Positions 48,449 to 59,791 are shown, numbered from the stretch's first letter. The stretch is 64,000 nt of DNA from Myxococcales bacterium (GCA_043747615.1 JAYTOU010000042.1:1-64000), one strand, 5' to 3'. Notes: generated from the letters alone by a model not told the origin. A program made the numbers and translations.

Positions 48449-48826
48449 ATGCGTCGTGTCGCGTCGCGCCTCGTCCTCCTCGCCGTGCTCCCGATGACGG
48501 TGGGCTGCGGGTCTCGTCCGCCGCCGGCCGACCCCGACGCGCCGCACCGTGCCCCCCATCTGGAGCCAATCTCGAGCCCGGTCGAGGTGCACACCGATTG
48601 TCCGACCGGCTCTCCGATCTACCTCGGAGAAACGCCGAACGGAGTGACGGGGACGTTCCTCACCCTCCGCGGCGGCTCGACCTCCCACCTGGCGCGCGAC
48701 GCCGAAGGAAACCTCACCGTCTGGCTCGTCGACGACAAAGGCTTTGGTCTTGCTCACGTGCGCGTCAGCCGGAAGATGAAGCGCGTCGAGATCGGTAAGA
48801 ACTGCCAGACGCTCCGCAGCGATTAG
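48449..48826 (+). CDS. Hypothetical lipoprotein
   Basis: Signal peptide ending TVGC; two further Cys. Confidence 0.7.
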   Translation: MRRVASRLVLLAVLPMTVGCGSRPPPADPDAPHRAPHLEPISSPVEVHTDCPTGSPIYLGETPNGVTGTFLTLRGGSTSHLARDAEGNLTVWLVDDKGFGLAHVRVSRKMKRVEIGKNCQTLRSD

Positions 48827-48835
48827 ACTCGCGCG

Positions 48836-49879
48836 CTACCAGGTTCCTTTAAGAGTGAAGGTCGCGCTGCCCGAACCAAGCTGTGCGCCGGCCTCGACGC
48901 GCGCCGCCGTCTGATCGGGTTTCTTTTCCGTCGGAGCCGTGACGAAAAAGACCACTCCGGCGGCCAGAGCAGCACCGCCGAGGACGAAGGCGACCGTCGA
49001 GACGCGTGCCGCGGAGAGTGCGTCGTTTCGGGCTGATTTCCCGACGGTATCGCAGCCGTTCGTGCAGTGGTTGTCGGCGTTCGATGCGCTGTTCTTGGAC
49101 ATCGCCTGGAGGCCGAAGATCGTTCCCACTCCGAGCCCGACGATTCCGAGTCCGCCGATAGCGTAGGCCAGCGTCTTGCGCGGGCCACTCGAGCTCGTCG
49201 GCTCTTCCGGCCTCGGCTTGGGCGGCTCGTGCGCGGCCTCAACGGCGGCGCCGGGCGTCGCGGCAACGGCGGGCGTGGTCGGTCGCGCAGTGAGCGGCAC
49301 GGGGGCCTCGGCTCCCTGTGGCGCGAAATCAAGCTGCACTTCCTTCTGCTCACCCTCCTTCAGCTCGACATGGAAGGCTCGTGCAACGCGCCCGGGCGCG
49401 CTGATCATGATGGTGTGCTCGCCGGGATCCGCGGGGAGGGGAATGCCGTAGCCCACCGCGCCGAACTCCACTCCGTCGCGCTTCACCGTCATGCCAGCGG
49501 GCGCGTTGGCCGGCGCTTTCAGCGTCAGCTTCGGAACGCGTTTGTCTACGGCGACGAAGCGGTCCTTGGCGAGGTTCTCACGTTCGTCGCCGAGGGAGTG
49601 TGCGAGGTCCACCGCTTGCTGCCAGTGCTGGCGGGCGCTGGCGAGCTGACTGACGTGCTCTTCGCTGTCGGCGAGATTGAGCAGCGTCCCCACCTTGGGA
49701 TCGAGACTCTGGCTCTCTGCGAAGAACCGAGCTGCCGCGGCGAAATCCGATTTTTTGACAGCCTCGCGTCCGTGCGCGAAAAATTCAGTGGCCGCCTGCG
49801 GATTGCGTGGCTGCGCGAAGGAGAGGGGCGTGACCGAGATCGCCGCTAGAAATACGAGACTGCACGTAAGGCGATTCAC
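48836..49879 (-). CDS. Exported TPR + PEGA-like protein with C-terminal membrane segments
   Basis: Signal, TPR (GTLLNLADSEE), PEGA-like DPGEHTI, two hydrophobic helices, ends KGTW; coupled to the kinase. Confidence 0.8.
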   Translation of the reverse strand: MNRLTCSLVFLAAISVTPLSFAQPRNPQAATEFFAHGREAVKKSDFAAAARFFAESQSLDPKVGTLLNLADSEEHVSQLASARQHWQQAVDLAHSLGDERENLAKDRFVAVDKRVPKLTLKAPANAPAGMTVKRDGVEFGAVGYGIPLPADPGEHTIMISAPGRVARAFHVELKEGEQKEVQLDFAPQGAEAPVPLTARPTTPAVAATPGAAVEAAHEPPKPRPEEPTSSSGPRKTLAYAIGGLGIVGLGVGTIFGLQAMSKNSASNADNHCTNGCDTVGKSARNDALSAARVSTVAFVLGGAALAAGVVFFVTAPTEKKPDQTAARVEAGAQLGSGSATFTLKGTW

Positions 49880-51408
49880 TGAGCTCCGTAGGGGTCTGTG
49901 GCGGGTCGGGTGCTTGGCGGCTTGCGACCTTGTCCTGCTCCGGCGCTTGCTCGCGGCCGCGGCGTGGACGGAGTGGGAGTGATCACGACGTTCGATGCCG
50001 ACGGGAGCAGTGCGGGTGGCTTCTGGCTCGGAGCTGCGCTCGGCATCGTCGGTAGTGTCGCCGGTACTGCGACGCTCACCGGAGGCTCGACCTCGATCCG
50101 TGCCGTGCCGCTGGTGGAAAGCGGCGCATGCGGCACGGGCCGAAGGAAAGCGGCGTAGACCACCGCGGCGAAAAGGAGCGCCGCCCCCCCTGCCATGGCG
50201 AGCTTCGGACCTCGCCCGACCGAGAGCGGCACCGTCGACTCCAGCCGCCTGCTCGAGGCGACGCCGACGTGCGTAGTCGATGGAACGTTGGCGATTTGCA
50301 CGTCGCCGCTCGCCATCGTCGCACTCTCCGCAAAGTCACCCGTCTGCCGTTGAGGGCGGACGAGCGCCACTGCGCTCTCGATCGACGAGACCGAGGAAAC
50401 GGTGGCGGCAAGCGCTTCGCGCGATATGGCGCCCCCGTCGTCATGAAACGACTCGCGCGCGGGCGGCGCAGGGTCTGCAGTGGAGAGCCGGCCGCTCGAC
50501 AGGACGAGCATGTGCGAGCCAACCGCCCCTCGGGCCGCGTCGAGCGCGACTTGCATCGTCCGTGCATCGGGCCAGCGGAGGGCCTTTTCGAACTCGAGCG
50601 CCCGGTCGACCACATTTGCAAGCTCGCGGGGGGTGTCCGGCGCGAGCGTTGCAACCGGCGGCGCGCGCTTGGTCGCAGCGAAAACGAGGAGCTCGTTGAC
50701 CGACTCGGCGACGTGCACGTGCCGCCCGGTGAGTAAGGTGAACAGCGTGGCACCGGCCGCCCAGATGTCGGTCTGGTGATCGATCTCTTTTGCCCGACCG
50801 AGCGCTTGCTCGTGGGGCATGAAGGCGGGCGTGCCCATCGTCCGTCCGGTACGCGTCGCCGTGGCCGAGCCCTCGAGCCCCTCGCGAAGTCGAGCGATCC
50901 CGAAATCGAGAACGTTCACCGCGTCGTCCGGGTTGGTTAGAAAGATGTTGTCCGGTTTGATGTCGCGGTGGACGATATGCTGCGCGTGCGCTGCGGCGAG
51001 AATGTCGAGAAGCTGATGGCCGATGTTGAGGACTTGCTGCGGTGGTAAGCGCCCCCCCGACCGTTCCAAGCGTGCGTCCAGCGTCTCCCCATCGAGGAGC
51101 TCCATGACCAGAAAAACGGAGCCGTCCTCGCAGATGTCGTCGTCGAGTACGCGCACGGCGCCCTTGTGCCCGACCTTGTTCGCGACGTAGCCCTCGCGGA
51201 GGAAGCGCTGGCACATCTCCGGATCGTGCGACATCTCGGGATGCAAGATCTTCACGGCCACGCGGATGCCGTTTCGGTGCGTCGCGGCGTAAACCGACGC
51301 CATGCCCCCGGCGCCAAGCAGCTTTTCGAGCTTGTATTTCCCCTTGATGAGTAAACCTACGCGCTGGGCGCCGCGTCGGAAGGCTTCGGGTTGCTCGGCT
51401 AACGTCAA
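49876..51408 (-). CDS. Membrane Ser/Thr protein kinase
   Basis: GAGGMA, VAVK, HRDIKPDN, DFG, GTPAFMPHEQ, TM helix, Pro-rich tail. Confidence 0.93.
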   Translation of the reverse strand: MTLAEQPEAFRRGAQRVGLLIKGKYKLEKLLGAGGMASVYAATHRNGIRVAVKILHPEMSHDPEMCQRFLREGYVANKVGHKGAVRVLDDDICEDGSVFLVMELLDGETLDARLERSGGRLPPQQVLNIGHQLLDILAAAHAQHIVHRDIKPDNIFLTNPDDAVNVLDFGIARLREGLEGSATATRTGRTMGTPAFMPHEQALGRAKEIDHQTDIWAAGATLFTLLTGRHVHVAESVNELLVFAATKRAPPVATLAPDTPRELANVVDRALEFEKALRWPDARTMQVALDAARGAVGSHMLVLSSGRLSTADPAPPARESFHDDGGAISREALAATVSSVSSIESAVALVRPQRQTGDFAESATMASGDVQIANVPSTTHVGVASSRRLESTVPLSVGRGPKLAMAGGAALLFAAVVYAAFLRPVPHAPLSTSGTARIEVEPPVSVAVPATLPTMPSAAPSQKPPALLPSASNVVITPTPSTPRPRASAGAGQGRKPPSTRPATDPYGAQ

Positions 51409-51577
51409 CAGTCGCTCCTCGAGGACAAGCTACGCCTTCGAGGATACGAGGAACGGCCTCGCAAAGCGAGAGAACCGCTCAGCTCGCGGAGATCGAAATG
51501 GTGTGCGGTTGTGGGTATGCGGAGGCTTGACCCTCGCCGCACGCTCTGTAGAACCGAGACGTGGAGATTTGGGCTCG

Positions 51578-53485
51578 TTGATCTCTCCTGAAACGATTGC
51601 TCTCGTCCGCGAGCGCACGGACATCGTCGCGCTGATCACGGAGAGCGTGCCCACACTCAAGCGGCGCGGGCGCTCGTGGGTCGGACTCTGCCCGTTCCAC
51701 AAGGAAAAAACCGGCAGCTTCCATGTGAATCCAGACCGCGGCTTCTTTCACTGCTTCGGTTGCAAAGAGGCTGGCAGCGCCATCGACTTCGTCATGAAGC
51801 TCGAAGGGCAGACCTTCCCCGAAGCCGTCCGTGGCCTCGCCGAGCGGGCCGGAATCGCCATTGAAGAAGATCATCGCGAGCGCACCGAAGTGGACCGGCA
51901 GAAGAAACAGAAAGACGATCTTTATGCGGTAAATCAGCTAGCGGCGACGTTCTTCGAGCACCAGCTCCGGGAGCATGCCCAGAGGGGTTACGCGCTCGAC
52001 GAGCTCGGGCGCCGCGGCCTCGTTCCGAGCTGGGCGAACGCGCAGAGCGACGCTTCGTCGGAGGCCGTTTTCACCGCAGTCGACGACGAGCTCCAGGCAT
52101 TTCGAATCGGCTACGCGCCCCCTGGCTGGGACGGTCTCGCCACATTCCTGAGAGAGCAAGGCGTCTCGCCCGTGGCTGCGGAGAACGTCGGTCTCCTCGT
52201 ACCGCGGTCGAGCGGCACGGGTTACTACGATCGCTTTCGTCATCGCCTGATGTTCGCGGTGGTCGATCCGCAGGGGCGCGTCGTGGCCTTCAGCGGTCGC
52301 GCGCTCGCACCGATTCCGGAGTCGGCCGACGCCAAAAAAGACGCGGAGAAGCCGCCGAAGTACATCAACTCGCCGGAGAGCCCGATCTACACGAAAGGTC
52401 AGATGCTCTTCGGCCTGTACCAGGCGCGTCACGCCATTCGCGAAGCGGAGTCGGCGATCGTCGTCGAGGGGAACTTCGACGTGGTCTCGCTCCATGCGCG
52501 CGGCTTGCGCAACGTCGTCGCCCCGCTCGGCACGGCGTTCACCATTGACCAAGCGCGCCTCCTCAGCCGCTTCGCGCCGCACGTCGTCATCCTCTTCGAC
52601 GGTGACGCCGCAGGAAAAAAAGCCGTTCGCCTCTCCCGTGCGCCTCTCAAAGAAGCGGGGCTGAGCGCCAAGGTAGCGAACCTTCCCGAAGGCACCGACC
52701 CGGACGAATTTGCGCGCAACAGAGGCGTCGATGCGCTCCGCGAAATTACCCAGCGCGCCCGAGGGATGCTCGAGTTCTTGATCGAGGAAGCGCTCGACGA
52801 CGCGTTCCACTCCGCGGACGCCTACGAACGTGTGGCGCGCGTCGAGCGCATCTCGAAGCTCCTCGCCGACGAGGACGATCCACTCGTGCGGGAGATGGCA
52901 AAAGCGTACGCCGATCAGATTGCCGGACGCCTCGATCTGGTCCGGTCCGCCCCCAGCGCATTTCGCAGCCTCGAGCAAAGTGTCCGCAAGGCGCTCGCCG
53001 CCGCAGGCCCCCGAAAGAGCGATGCATCGAGCCCGCGTGAGGCGCGGATCGCCCACAAAATCCCGGGCGCCAAGCTCCGCGGAAATATCGTCGGCGCGCT
53101 GATCGAGTTTCCTGAGCTTCTCCGTGATCGGGACGTCGTCCCCACACTGAGCATGCTCGAGGGGCTGTCGGCGCAAACGATCGCCGCTTTGCGTGATTCC
53201 TTCGGCGCGAAGGGGCTCGACACGGCCTCGTTTCTTGCCCAGGTCCCTCCGGCGATCCGTGCGTTTGCGTCCGAGCATCTGGCGGGTCCGAGCCATCCGA
53301 CCGTCGAAGCTGCGAAAGAAGGCCTCTTGATGAACTCGCAGATGCTGCAGGCTCTGATTCATTCTCAAGAGACGGACGAGAGCGCGCGCGAGCAAAACAG
53401 ATCCGAGGGAGACTGGGATGCTTCGATGAGCCTGGCCGCGGAAGCCTCCCAAAGAAACAAGATGAAGCATGGGATGAAACCGTGA
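51578..53485 (+). CDS. dnaG: DNA primase
   Basis: Zn finger CPFHKEKT...CFGC, KYINSPES, TOPRIM VEGNFDV...FDGDAAG, DPD; TTG start at 51578. Confidence 0.96.
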   Translation: MISPETIALVRERTDIVALITESVPTLKRRGRSWVGLCPFHKEKTGSFHVNPDRGFFHCFGCKEAGSAIDFVMKLEGQTFPEAVRGLAERAGIAIEEDHRERTEVDRQKKQKDDLYAVNQLAATFFEHQLREHAQRGYALDELGRRGLVPSWANAQSDASSEAVFTAVDDELQAFRIGYAPPGWDGLATFLREQGVSPVAAENVGLLVPRSSGTGYYDRFRHRLMFAVVDPQGRVVAFSGRALAPIPESADAKKDAEKPPKYINSPESPIYTKGQMLFGLYQARHAIREAESAIVVEGNFDVVSLHARGLRNVVAPLGTAFTIDQARLLSRFAPHVVILFDGDAAGKKAVRLSRAPLKEAGLSAKVANLPEGTDPDEFARNRGVDALREITQRARGMLEFLIEEALDDAFHSADAYERVARVERISKLLADEDDPLVREMAKAYADQIAGRLDLVRSAPSAFRSLEQSVRKALAAAGPRKSDASSPREARIAHKIPGAKLRGNIVGALIEFPELLRDRDVVPTLSMLEGLSAQTIAALRDSFGAKGLDTASFLAQVPPAIRAFASEHLAGPSHPTVEAAKEGLLMNSQMLQALIHSQETDESAREQNRSEGDWDASMSLAAEASQRNKMKHGMKP

Positions 53486-53511
53486 AAAAAGGCGCGTTTG
53501 GACTGGATCTC

Positions 53512-53546
53512 CGCCCCAAGACGGCAAAGCGGGCGTTTTCTTTTTT
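53512..53546 (+). terminator. Possible intrinsic terminator after dnaG
   Basis: CGCCC/GGGCG stem with a large loop, followed by TTTTCTTTTTT. Confidence 0.4.
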
Positions 53547-53658
53547 CCGAGGGACGGTGCACGATGGCGATCCAAAAGGGGACTATCGGTGCTTCGATTG
53601 CGCTTCGGCATCGCCTTGCTAGAAGCTCAGATCGTTCATCGAGAGTTGAAGGGCCACC

Positions 53659-54018
53659 ATCAAACTACCTGCGATCGCGCTCCTCTGCCTTACGCTTCCG
53701 TCGTGCAGTGAACCGGGCTGGAAGCTCTCGGGCACCGTCACTGACACGGGGCGAGCCACCGTCGCCGGTGTGACGGTGAAGCTCTTTTGCCCGGAGCCAA
53801 GCGACATCGGTGAGAAGGTCGGAAAAACAGGCGCGCTCGGGGACTACAGCATCACCGGAGGCGGCACCGGATTCCCGGAAGATTGCCGGGTCGAATTTTC
53901 GAAGGGGGCCTACGACACGGAGCGCACGACGGTGCGCGGGGTCTGCGCCGAGAAACACAAAGTCAGCGGTATGTGCATGCGCGCCGAGCTGAACGTCGCC
54001 ATTCGAGCTCTCCAATGA
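53659..54018 (+). CDS. Lipoprotein with a carboxypeptidase-regulatory-like beta domain; start codon is ATC (non-canonical or mutated)
   Basis: The frame of ORF 53770 extends upstream to ATC AAA CTA..., giving (I)KLPAIALLCLTLPSC-SEPGWKLSGTVTD...VAGVTVKL; in-frame TGA at 53647. Confidence 0.6.
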   Translation: MKLPAIALLCLTLPSCSEPGWKLSGTVTDTGRATVAGVTVKLFCPEPSDIGEKVGKTGALGDYSITGGGTGFPEDCRVEFSKGAYDTERTTVRGVCAEKHKVSGMCMRAELNVAIRALQ

Positions 54019-54644
54019 AGAGCCGTCCGGAGCGGGCGGCGCTGGTCGTCAGCCTCGTCGCGTTCCTCGGAGGATGTCAGCGCGGCTGCCTCTCGACATG
54101 GCTGACGGAGCACGGCTTCGGGGGTGACAGCCCGCAAAAACAGGGTCTACTCCCCCACGGACCGGACGTGCCATGTCCCGACGGGCTCGCGCGATGCTCC
54201 GGCGGGAACGTTCGGACCTCCGTCTCGTTCATGCCCGCTTCGCCCTGCTCCCCCGAAGGCTGCAAGTGCCCCTGGGTGGACGCAGGGAGCTGCGCCCGGG
54301 GATGCGTCCTCGACGGAATTGAGCTCGAAATGCCCCCGGCTGTGGCGGCCACCCAGCTCTGCGCCCCGGCCGACGCGTCGTTCTACCGCGTGCTTCCCCC
54401 TGGTTCCCGCATCCCAGCGCAAACGCAGCACGCCCCTGCAAACGCGGATGCCTCCGACGAAACGGACCTAGGCATCGCGTGCGAAGTCGAGAAGTACCGA
54501 TGCCAGGACGGCCTCGTTTCGGCGTGCGCCGATGGCGGCCAAATTCCCGTGGCCGTCTGCACCGAAGGATGCGCGGAAGGGGAGCGCATGCTCTTCGACG
54601 AAATCACCCAAGAGGCCGCTCTGCCGATCCTCTGCGCTCGCTGA
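54015..54644 (+). CDS. Cys-rich hypothetical lipoprotein
   Basis: ATGA overlap; signal ending LGGC; many Cys. Confidence 0.75.
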   Translation: MKSRPERAALVVSLVAFLGGCQRGCLSTWLTEHGFGGDSPQKQGLLPHGPDVPCPDGLARCSGGNVRTSVSFMPASPCSPEGCKCPWVDAGSCARGCVLDGIELEMPPAVAATQLCAPADASFYRVLPPGSRIPAQTQHAPANADASDETDLGIACEVEKYRCQDGLVSACADGGQIPVAVCTEGCAEGERMLFDEITQEAALPILCAR

Positions 54645-54974
54645 AAGCCCCTCCACCGATGTGTAGGCGCGTGTGCGTTTCGCGCGTCGAGATCTTCGCA
54701 CCGCGAACACGCAGGTGTGCCCGGTGTGACTCTCAAGTCAGGATGTCTTGGCGATCCAGGGTGAGACATCGAAGACCGTAGTTCGATATCCACCGTCGTC
54801 ATGGAACGCGCTGATTCTGCCGGAAATGTGACGGCATTGCGCGCCGCCAGCTACCGTTCGATCTCGCTTGAAACAAGGTGATTTCGCCGGCCCGTGCGGG
54901 GACGCCTGGCGAAGTGACGCCGCCGCACACCTGCATCCGTTGCGCTAAATCGCCAACGACGGAGGCAAAGGTCG

Positions 54975-54991
54975 TTGGCGGGACAATTGCT
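54975..54991 (+). promoter_or_regulatory. Sigma54 -24/-12 promoter
   Basis: TTGGCGGG-ACAA-TTGCT, about 20 nt before ATG 55013. Confidence 0.75.
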
Positions 54992-55012
54992 TATATGGAG
55001 TGAGTAAGTCAG

Positions 55013-56017
55013 ATGAAACCCCGCAAACTTGGATTACTGATTTCGGTTTTGGGCGGCGTCGTTCTCCTCGGAACCACGCGAGTCGAGGCCACGCCGGTCG
55101 TCCTGCTTACTGAAGCGCCGCTCGCCGCGCTGCCGGCATCGGCTCTGGAAGCCGTACCGGTCGTCGCCGAGGCCAAGGCCAAGGTCGAAGCCGTCCAGGC
55201 CAACATCTCCCTGAAAAACACGGCAACCCCCGTTCTCTCTGAGACCGGCAGCTGCGCTCCCGGAATGGTCGAAGTCGACGGCGATTACTGCCCTTGGCTC
55301 GAGCAAAAGTGCCTGCGCTGGCTCGATCCCGAGACGAAGATGCGTTGCGCGGAGTTTGCGCCCACGTCGCAATGCCAGTCGAAGACGACGCATAAACACT
55401 TTTGCATCGACCGCTTTGAATATCCAAACAAGCCCGGCGAGAAGCCGGTGGTCATGAAGACCTGGAACGAAGCGAAGGCCACCTGCGAAGGCGCGGGCAA
55501 GCGACTGTGCGGTGAGACGGAATGGACGCTCGCCTGCGAAGGCCAAGAGCACCTCCCGTACCCCTACGGCTACGCCCGCAACGCCGAGGCATGCAACATC
55601 GATAAGCCCCATCCCGACCCGGATGAGAAAGCCATCGCGAACCCCGCGACGCGCTCGGCCGAAGTTGCGCGACTCGACCAGCGCGACGCTTCCGGTGCCC
55701 GCGAGGCGTGCGTCAGCCCTTACGGCGTCAACGACATGACCGGCAACGTAGACGAGTGGGTCGTGAACGAGAGCGGTCACCCCTACAAAAGCAGCCTGAA
55801 AGGCGGCTACTGGGGCCCCGTTCGCGATCGCTGCCGCCCCTCGACGACGGCACACAACGAAGACTTCATCTTCTATCAAATCGGGTTTCGCTGCTGCGGC
55901 GACACGAGCGCGCCCGCCGCCGGCTCCGGTGTGAAGGAAAACCCGAACAGCGGTTCGCGTCAGAACCCGCTGCCGTCGATCGGCGCCAAAGACAACACGA
56001 TCCTCGCCGGAAGCTAG
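55013..56017 (+). CDS. Exported SUMF1/FGE-sulfatase domain protein
   Basis: FCIDRFEYPN, GKRLC.E.EW..AC, SPYGVNDMTGNVDEW, IGFRCC. Confidence 0.88.
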   Translation: MKPRKLGLLISVLGGVVLLGTTRVEATPVVLLTEAPLAALPASALEAVPVVAEAKAKVEAVQANISLKNTATPVLSETGSCAPGMVEVDGDYCPWLEQKCLRWLDPETKMRCAEFAPTSQCQSKTTHKHFCIDRFEYPNKPGEKPVVMKTWNEAKATCEGAGKRLCGETEWTLACEGQEHLPYPYGYARNAEACNIDKPHPDPDEKAIANPATRSAEVARLDQRDASGAREACVSPYGVNDMTGNVDEWVVNESGHPYKSSLKGGYWGPVRDRCRPSTTAHNEDFIFYQIGFRCCGDTSAPAAGSGVKENPNSGSRQNPLPSIGAKDNTILAGS

Positions 56018-56022
56018 GCGAC

Positions 56023-56478
56023 TTAGGGCGTCTGAGGGTTACCCTCGGCGCCTGCGTCGGGCGGAGGGGGCTTCATCCGAGGAGCGGGCGCAGGGGCCTC
56101 GCCGTACTCTTGGCGCATCTTGCGGGTGAGAGAATCGATCATGACTTGCTCGTGGTAGCGCGGCATCTCCGGTAGCTGCACGAGGACCCGAACAGGCGTG
56201 CCCGGCTCGCGCGGCCGCACCACCTCGATGGAGCCAGGGGTGACCTTCGTGCCGCTCTCCGACGAGTGGTAATCAAAGAGCAGGTAACCGGTGCTGTCGT
56301 CTTTTTCCGTGACCTTGAGCCCCATGTCGACGCGGACGAGGCGCATGGCCGCGTTCCAGGTTCGGTCGAACCCGTACGCCGAGTCGTAGGAGCTCTTTGC
56401 ATTGGCATGCGCGCCGCCGAGGAACATGGCCCCAGCGGCTCCGAGGATTGCGACGAATCGAACAACTCCTTGGCGCAT
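56023..56478 (-). CDS. Exported hypothetical protein
   Basis: Signal ending AHANA, then a globular domain and a Pro-rich tail. Confidence 0.7.
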   Translation of the reverse strand: MRQGVVRFVAILGAAGAMFLGGAHANAKSSYDSAYGFDRTWNAAMRLVRVDMGLKVTEKDDSTGYLLFDYHSSESGTKVTPGSIEVVRPREPGTPVRVLVQLPEMPRYHEQVMIDSLTRKMRQEYGEAPAPAPRMKPPPPDAGAEGNPQTP

Positions 56479-56563
56479 CCACTGCGGATACGTTGAACCG
56501 TCGTGGACGGCCAAATTATCTGGCGACTCATCGCCAAGAAATACGATGATCGCGTGCGCCTAC

Positions 56564-57706
56564 CTATGCGTCGGCGGTTGCAACTTCGTCGGCAGCGCTG
56601 AAGGCCCGGAGTGTCGTTCGGTCACCGACGAGAAAGATGAGCGCAGCAACCACGGTCCAAGCAAGCTGGGTTACGTAAATGAGAAACACGTACGCCGCAC
56701 CCTGACCCGTCACCACGCTCGTCGGAAAGTACATGGTCAATCCCGCGTAAATGCCGAGCTGGAAGACGCCGAGAAGACCGGGGGGGCCCGGGACGAGAAT
56801 CGTGATTCCAAGCATCCCCATGAGGGCGCATGTCTCGCCGAAGGTGATGGAGCTTCCGTCGGCGTGAATGATCCCGCAGCCCCATGCGAGGAGCCACATC
56901 CCGAGCACGTTCAATCCCCAGTAGAGCCCGGTCTCGAAGAAGAATCCGAGGGCATCTGCCTTGCGGCCGAAAAAGTGGAGGCCGTCGGCGAGGCGCTCGG
57001 CGATGCCAGCAAGCTTTTCGCCGAGCTTCTTGGAGACGATGCCGAACACCAGGAGCGTCGTGCGGTGCGCCCAGCCACGCGCAAAATAGAAAACGGCGAT
57101 GACGATGAAGGCGGTCGAGAACACTCCGAGCATCGCGTAGCCCATGTCGCGGACGTGGCTGACGCTTACCGGCAGGCCTACGACGGTCTTCGGCAGGGGC
57201 TCGATGTGGTCGACGAAAAAGAGCGCGACCGCGAGAATCATGCTCAAAAAAAGGCCGTCCACCACCCGCTCGGCGACGACGGTGCCGGTGGCCGCCGTCA
57301 TCGAGACCTTCCCCTTTTCGCGGATCATGAAGGGGCGGACGAACTCGCCGAGCCGGAACGGCATGATCAGAATCGCGCCGAAGCCGATCCACGACACAGC
57401 GAGGATGCGGCGCTGGGGAATGTTGGCGATGGAGCGGAGAAGAAACCGCCAGCGGATCGCCCGAAAATAACTCATCGCGACGAGGGTCACCGCGTAGGCC
57501 GGCACCGTCCACCACCGGACGTGGGCGAAGTTGCCCCCCTCGGGAACGAGCTTCAACCCCCCTTTTTGCAGGGTGAATAGGAGGCTGACCGTGATGATCG
57601 CCGAAGCGACGAGCTTTCCCGCGTGCCGGCGCACGAAGCCGCCGTCGCTGGGGCTCGGGGGGGGCGTCGTGCTTCTTCTCGGTGAGTCCGCGGTTTCGGA
57701 GGCCAC
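56564..57706 (-). CDS. Lysylphosphatidylglycerol synthase TM / UPF0104 flippase-like membrane protein
   Basis: RAIRWRFLL, P.RLGEFVR, VAERVVDG, PGPPGLLG; multiple TM helices. Confidence 0.85.
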   Translation of the reverse strand: MASETADSPRRSTTPPPSPSDGGFVRRHAGKLVASAIITVSLLFTLQKGGLKLVPEGGNFAHVRWWTVPAYAVTLVAMSYFRAIRWRFLLRSIANIPQRRILAVSWIGFGAILIMPFRLGEFVRPFMIREKGKVSMTAATGTVVAERVVDGLFLSMILAVALFFVDHIEPLPKTVVGLPVSVSHVRDMGYAMLGVFSTAFIVIAVFYFARGWAHRTTLLVFGIVSKKLGEKLAGIAERLADGLHFFGRKADALGFFFETGLYWGLNVLGMWLLAWGCGIIHADGSSITFGETCALMGMLGITILVPGPPGLLGVFQLGIYAGLTMYFPTSVVTGQGAAYVFLIYVTQLAWTVVAALIFLVGDRTTLRAFSAADEVATADA

Positions 57707-57760
57707 TCTGCTGCGCTCTATAGCACGGTCAGGTCGCCTGCTGCGCTGGGTCCGTCGAGG

Positions 57761-59041
<1,281 letters not shown>

Positions 59042-59056
59042 GATCTTCTCCGTGTT

Positions 59057-59791
59057 CTAGTTTGCTGAAATTATGGCCCGGGGACCGTCTGCCAGGAGCC
59101 GCTTCGTCTCTTCTTTTCCTGCAAGCGACTGGAGCCGCTCGATGGCCTTCACCACGATGGCGACGTCCTCGGGCTTGTGCGCGTCGGAACAAGCCGCTTC
59201 GTACGCGTCGTCTTCGAGCAGGCGCTCCGCGGCTTTCTGCGACGCACGCCCGTACTTTCCGACCAAGGCGCATACGTCCAGCAAGAGGAGCGCACCCGCA
59301 TCGAAGAGTGGATCGAGGCACGAATCGTCCTTCCAGACGGGCTGGTACCGCTCGGGGTGGGCGATGACCGGGGTGAGGCCCGCGCGTCGAAGATCGAACA
59401 GCCGCGCCTGAAGGAACGCCGGAAAAGCGGTGGTGGGAAGCTCGATCAGCACGGTTTTTCCGCCAGGATACGGCAGCCCTTGGCCGTGTGTCAGCCGCTG
59501 GAAGACCACGTCGTCGAAGAAGTGCTCGCTCGAAAGATGCACTTCGGGCAGCGGACGGCCGGCGTCCAGAAGTCGGGCCTGGGCGAGCACGGGGGTCATC
59601 GCTTCAAACGCCTTTTCGAGTGCGTTGCGGTCATTGTTGAACATGCCCGGGCGCATGTGCGGCGTGGCGACGACGGTCGAAAAACCAGCTTGGTGCAGCC
59701 CGCGCAGGAGGGCGATGCCGTCCTCGGGCGAGCGGACGCCGTCATCGATGTCGGCGATCCAGTGGCAGTGGAGATCGATGAATCCACGCAT
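59057..59791 (-). CDS. CpsB/YwqE-type PHP protein-tyrosine phosphatase
   Basis: IDLHCH..DDG, ATPH, IAHPERY, SDAH. Confidence 0.9.
   Translation of the reverse strand: MRGFIDLHCHWIADIDDGVRSPEDGIALLRGLHQAGFSTVVATPHMRPGMFNNDRNALEKAFEAMTPVLAQARLLDAGRPLPEVHLSSEHFFDDVVFQRLTHGQGLPYPGGKTVLIELPTTAFPAFLQARLFDLRRAGLTPVIAHPERYQPVWKDDSCLDPLFDAGALLLLDVCALVGKYGRASQKAAERLLEDDAYEAACSDAHKPEDVAIVVKAIERLQSLAGKEETKRLLADGPRAIISAN

Noticed and set aside
48836..51408. Kinase + TPR/PEGA pair as a novel system
   Set aside because: To my knowledge a very common paralogous arrangement in Polyangiales-type genomes; listed as features only.
53500..53560. GGCAAA-containing hairpin as a c-di-GMP-I riboswitch
   Set aside because: It lacks the rest of the two-stem consensus; a terminator fits better.
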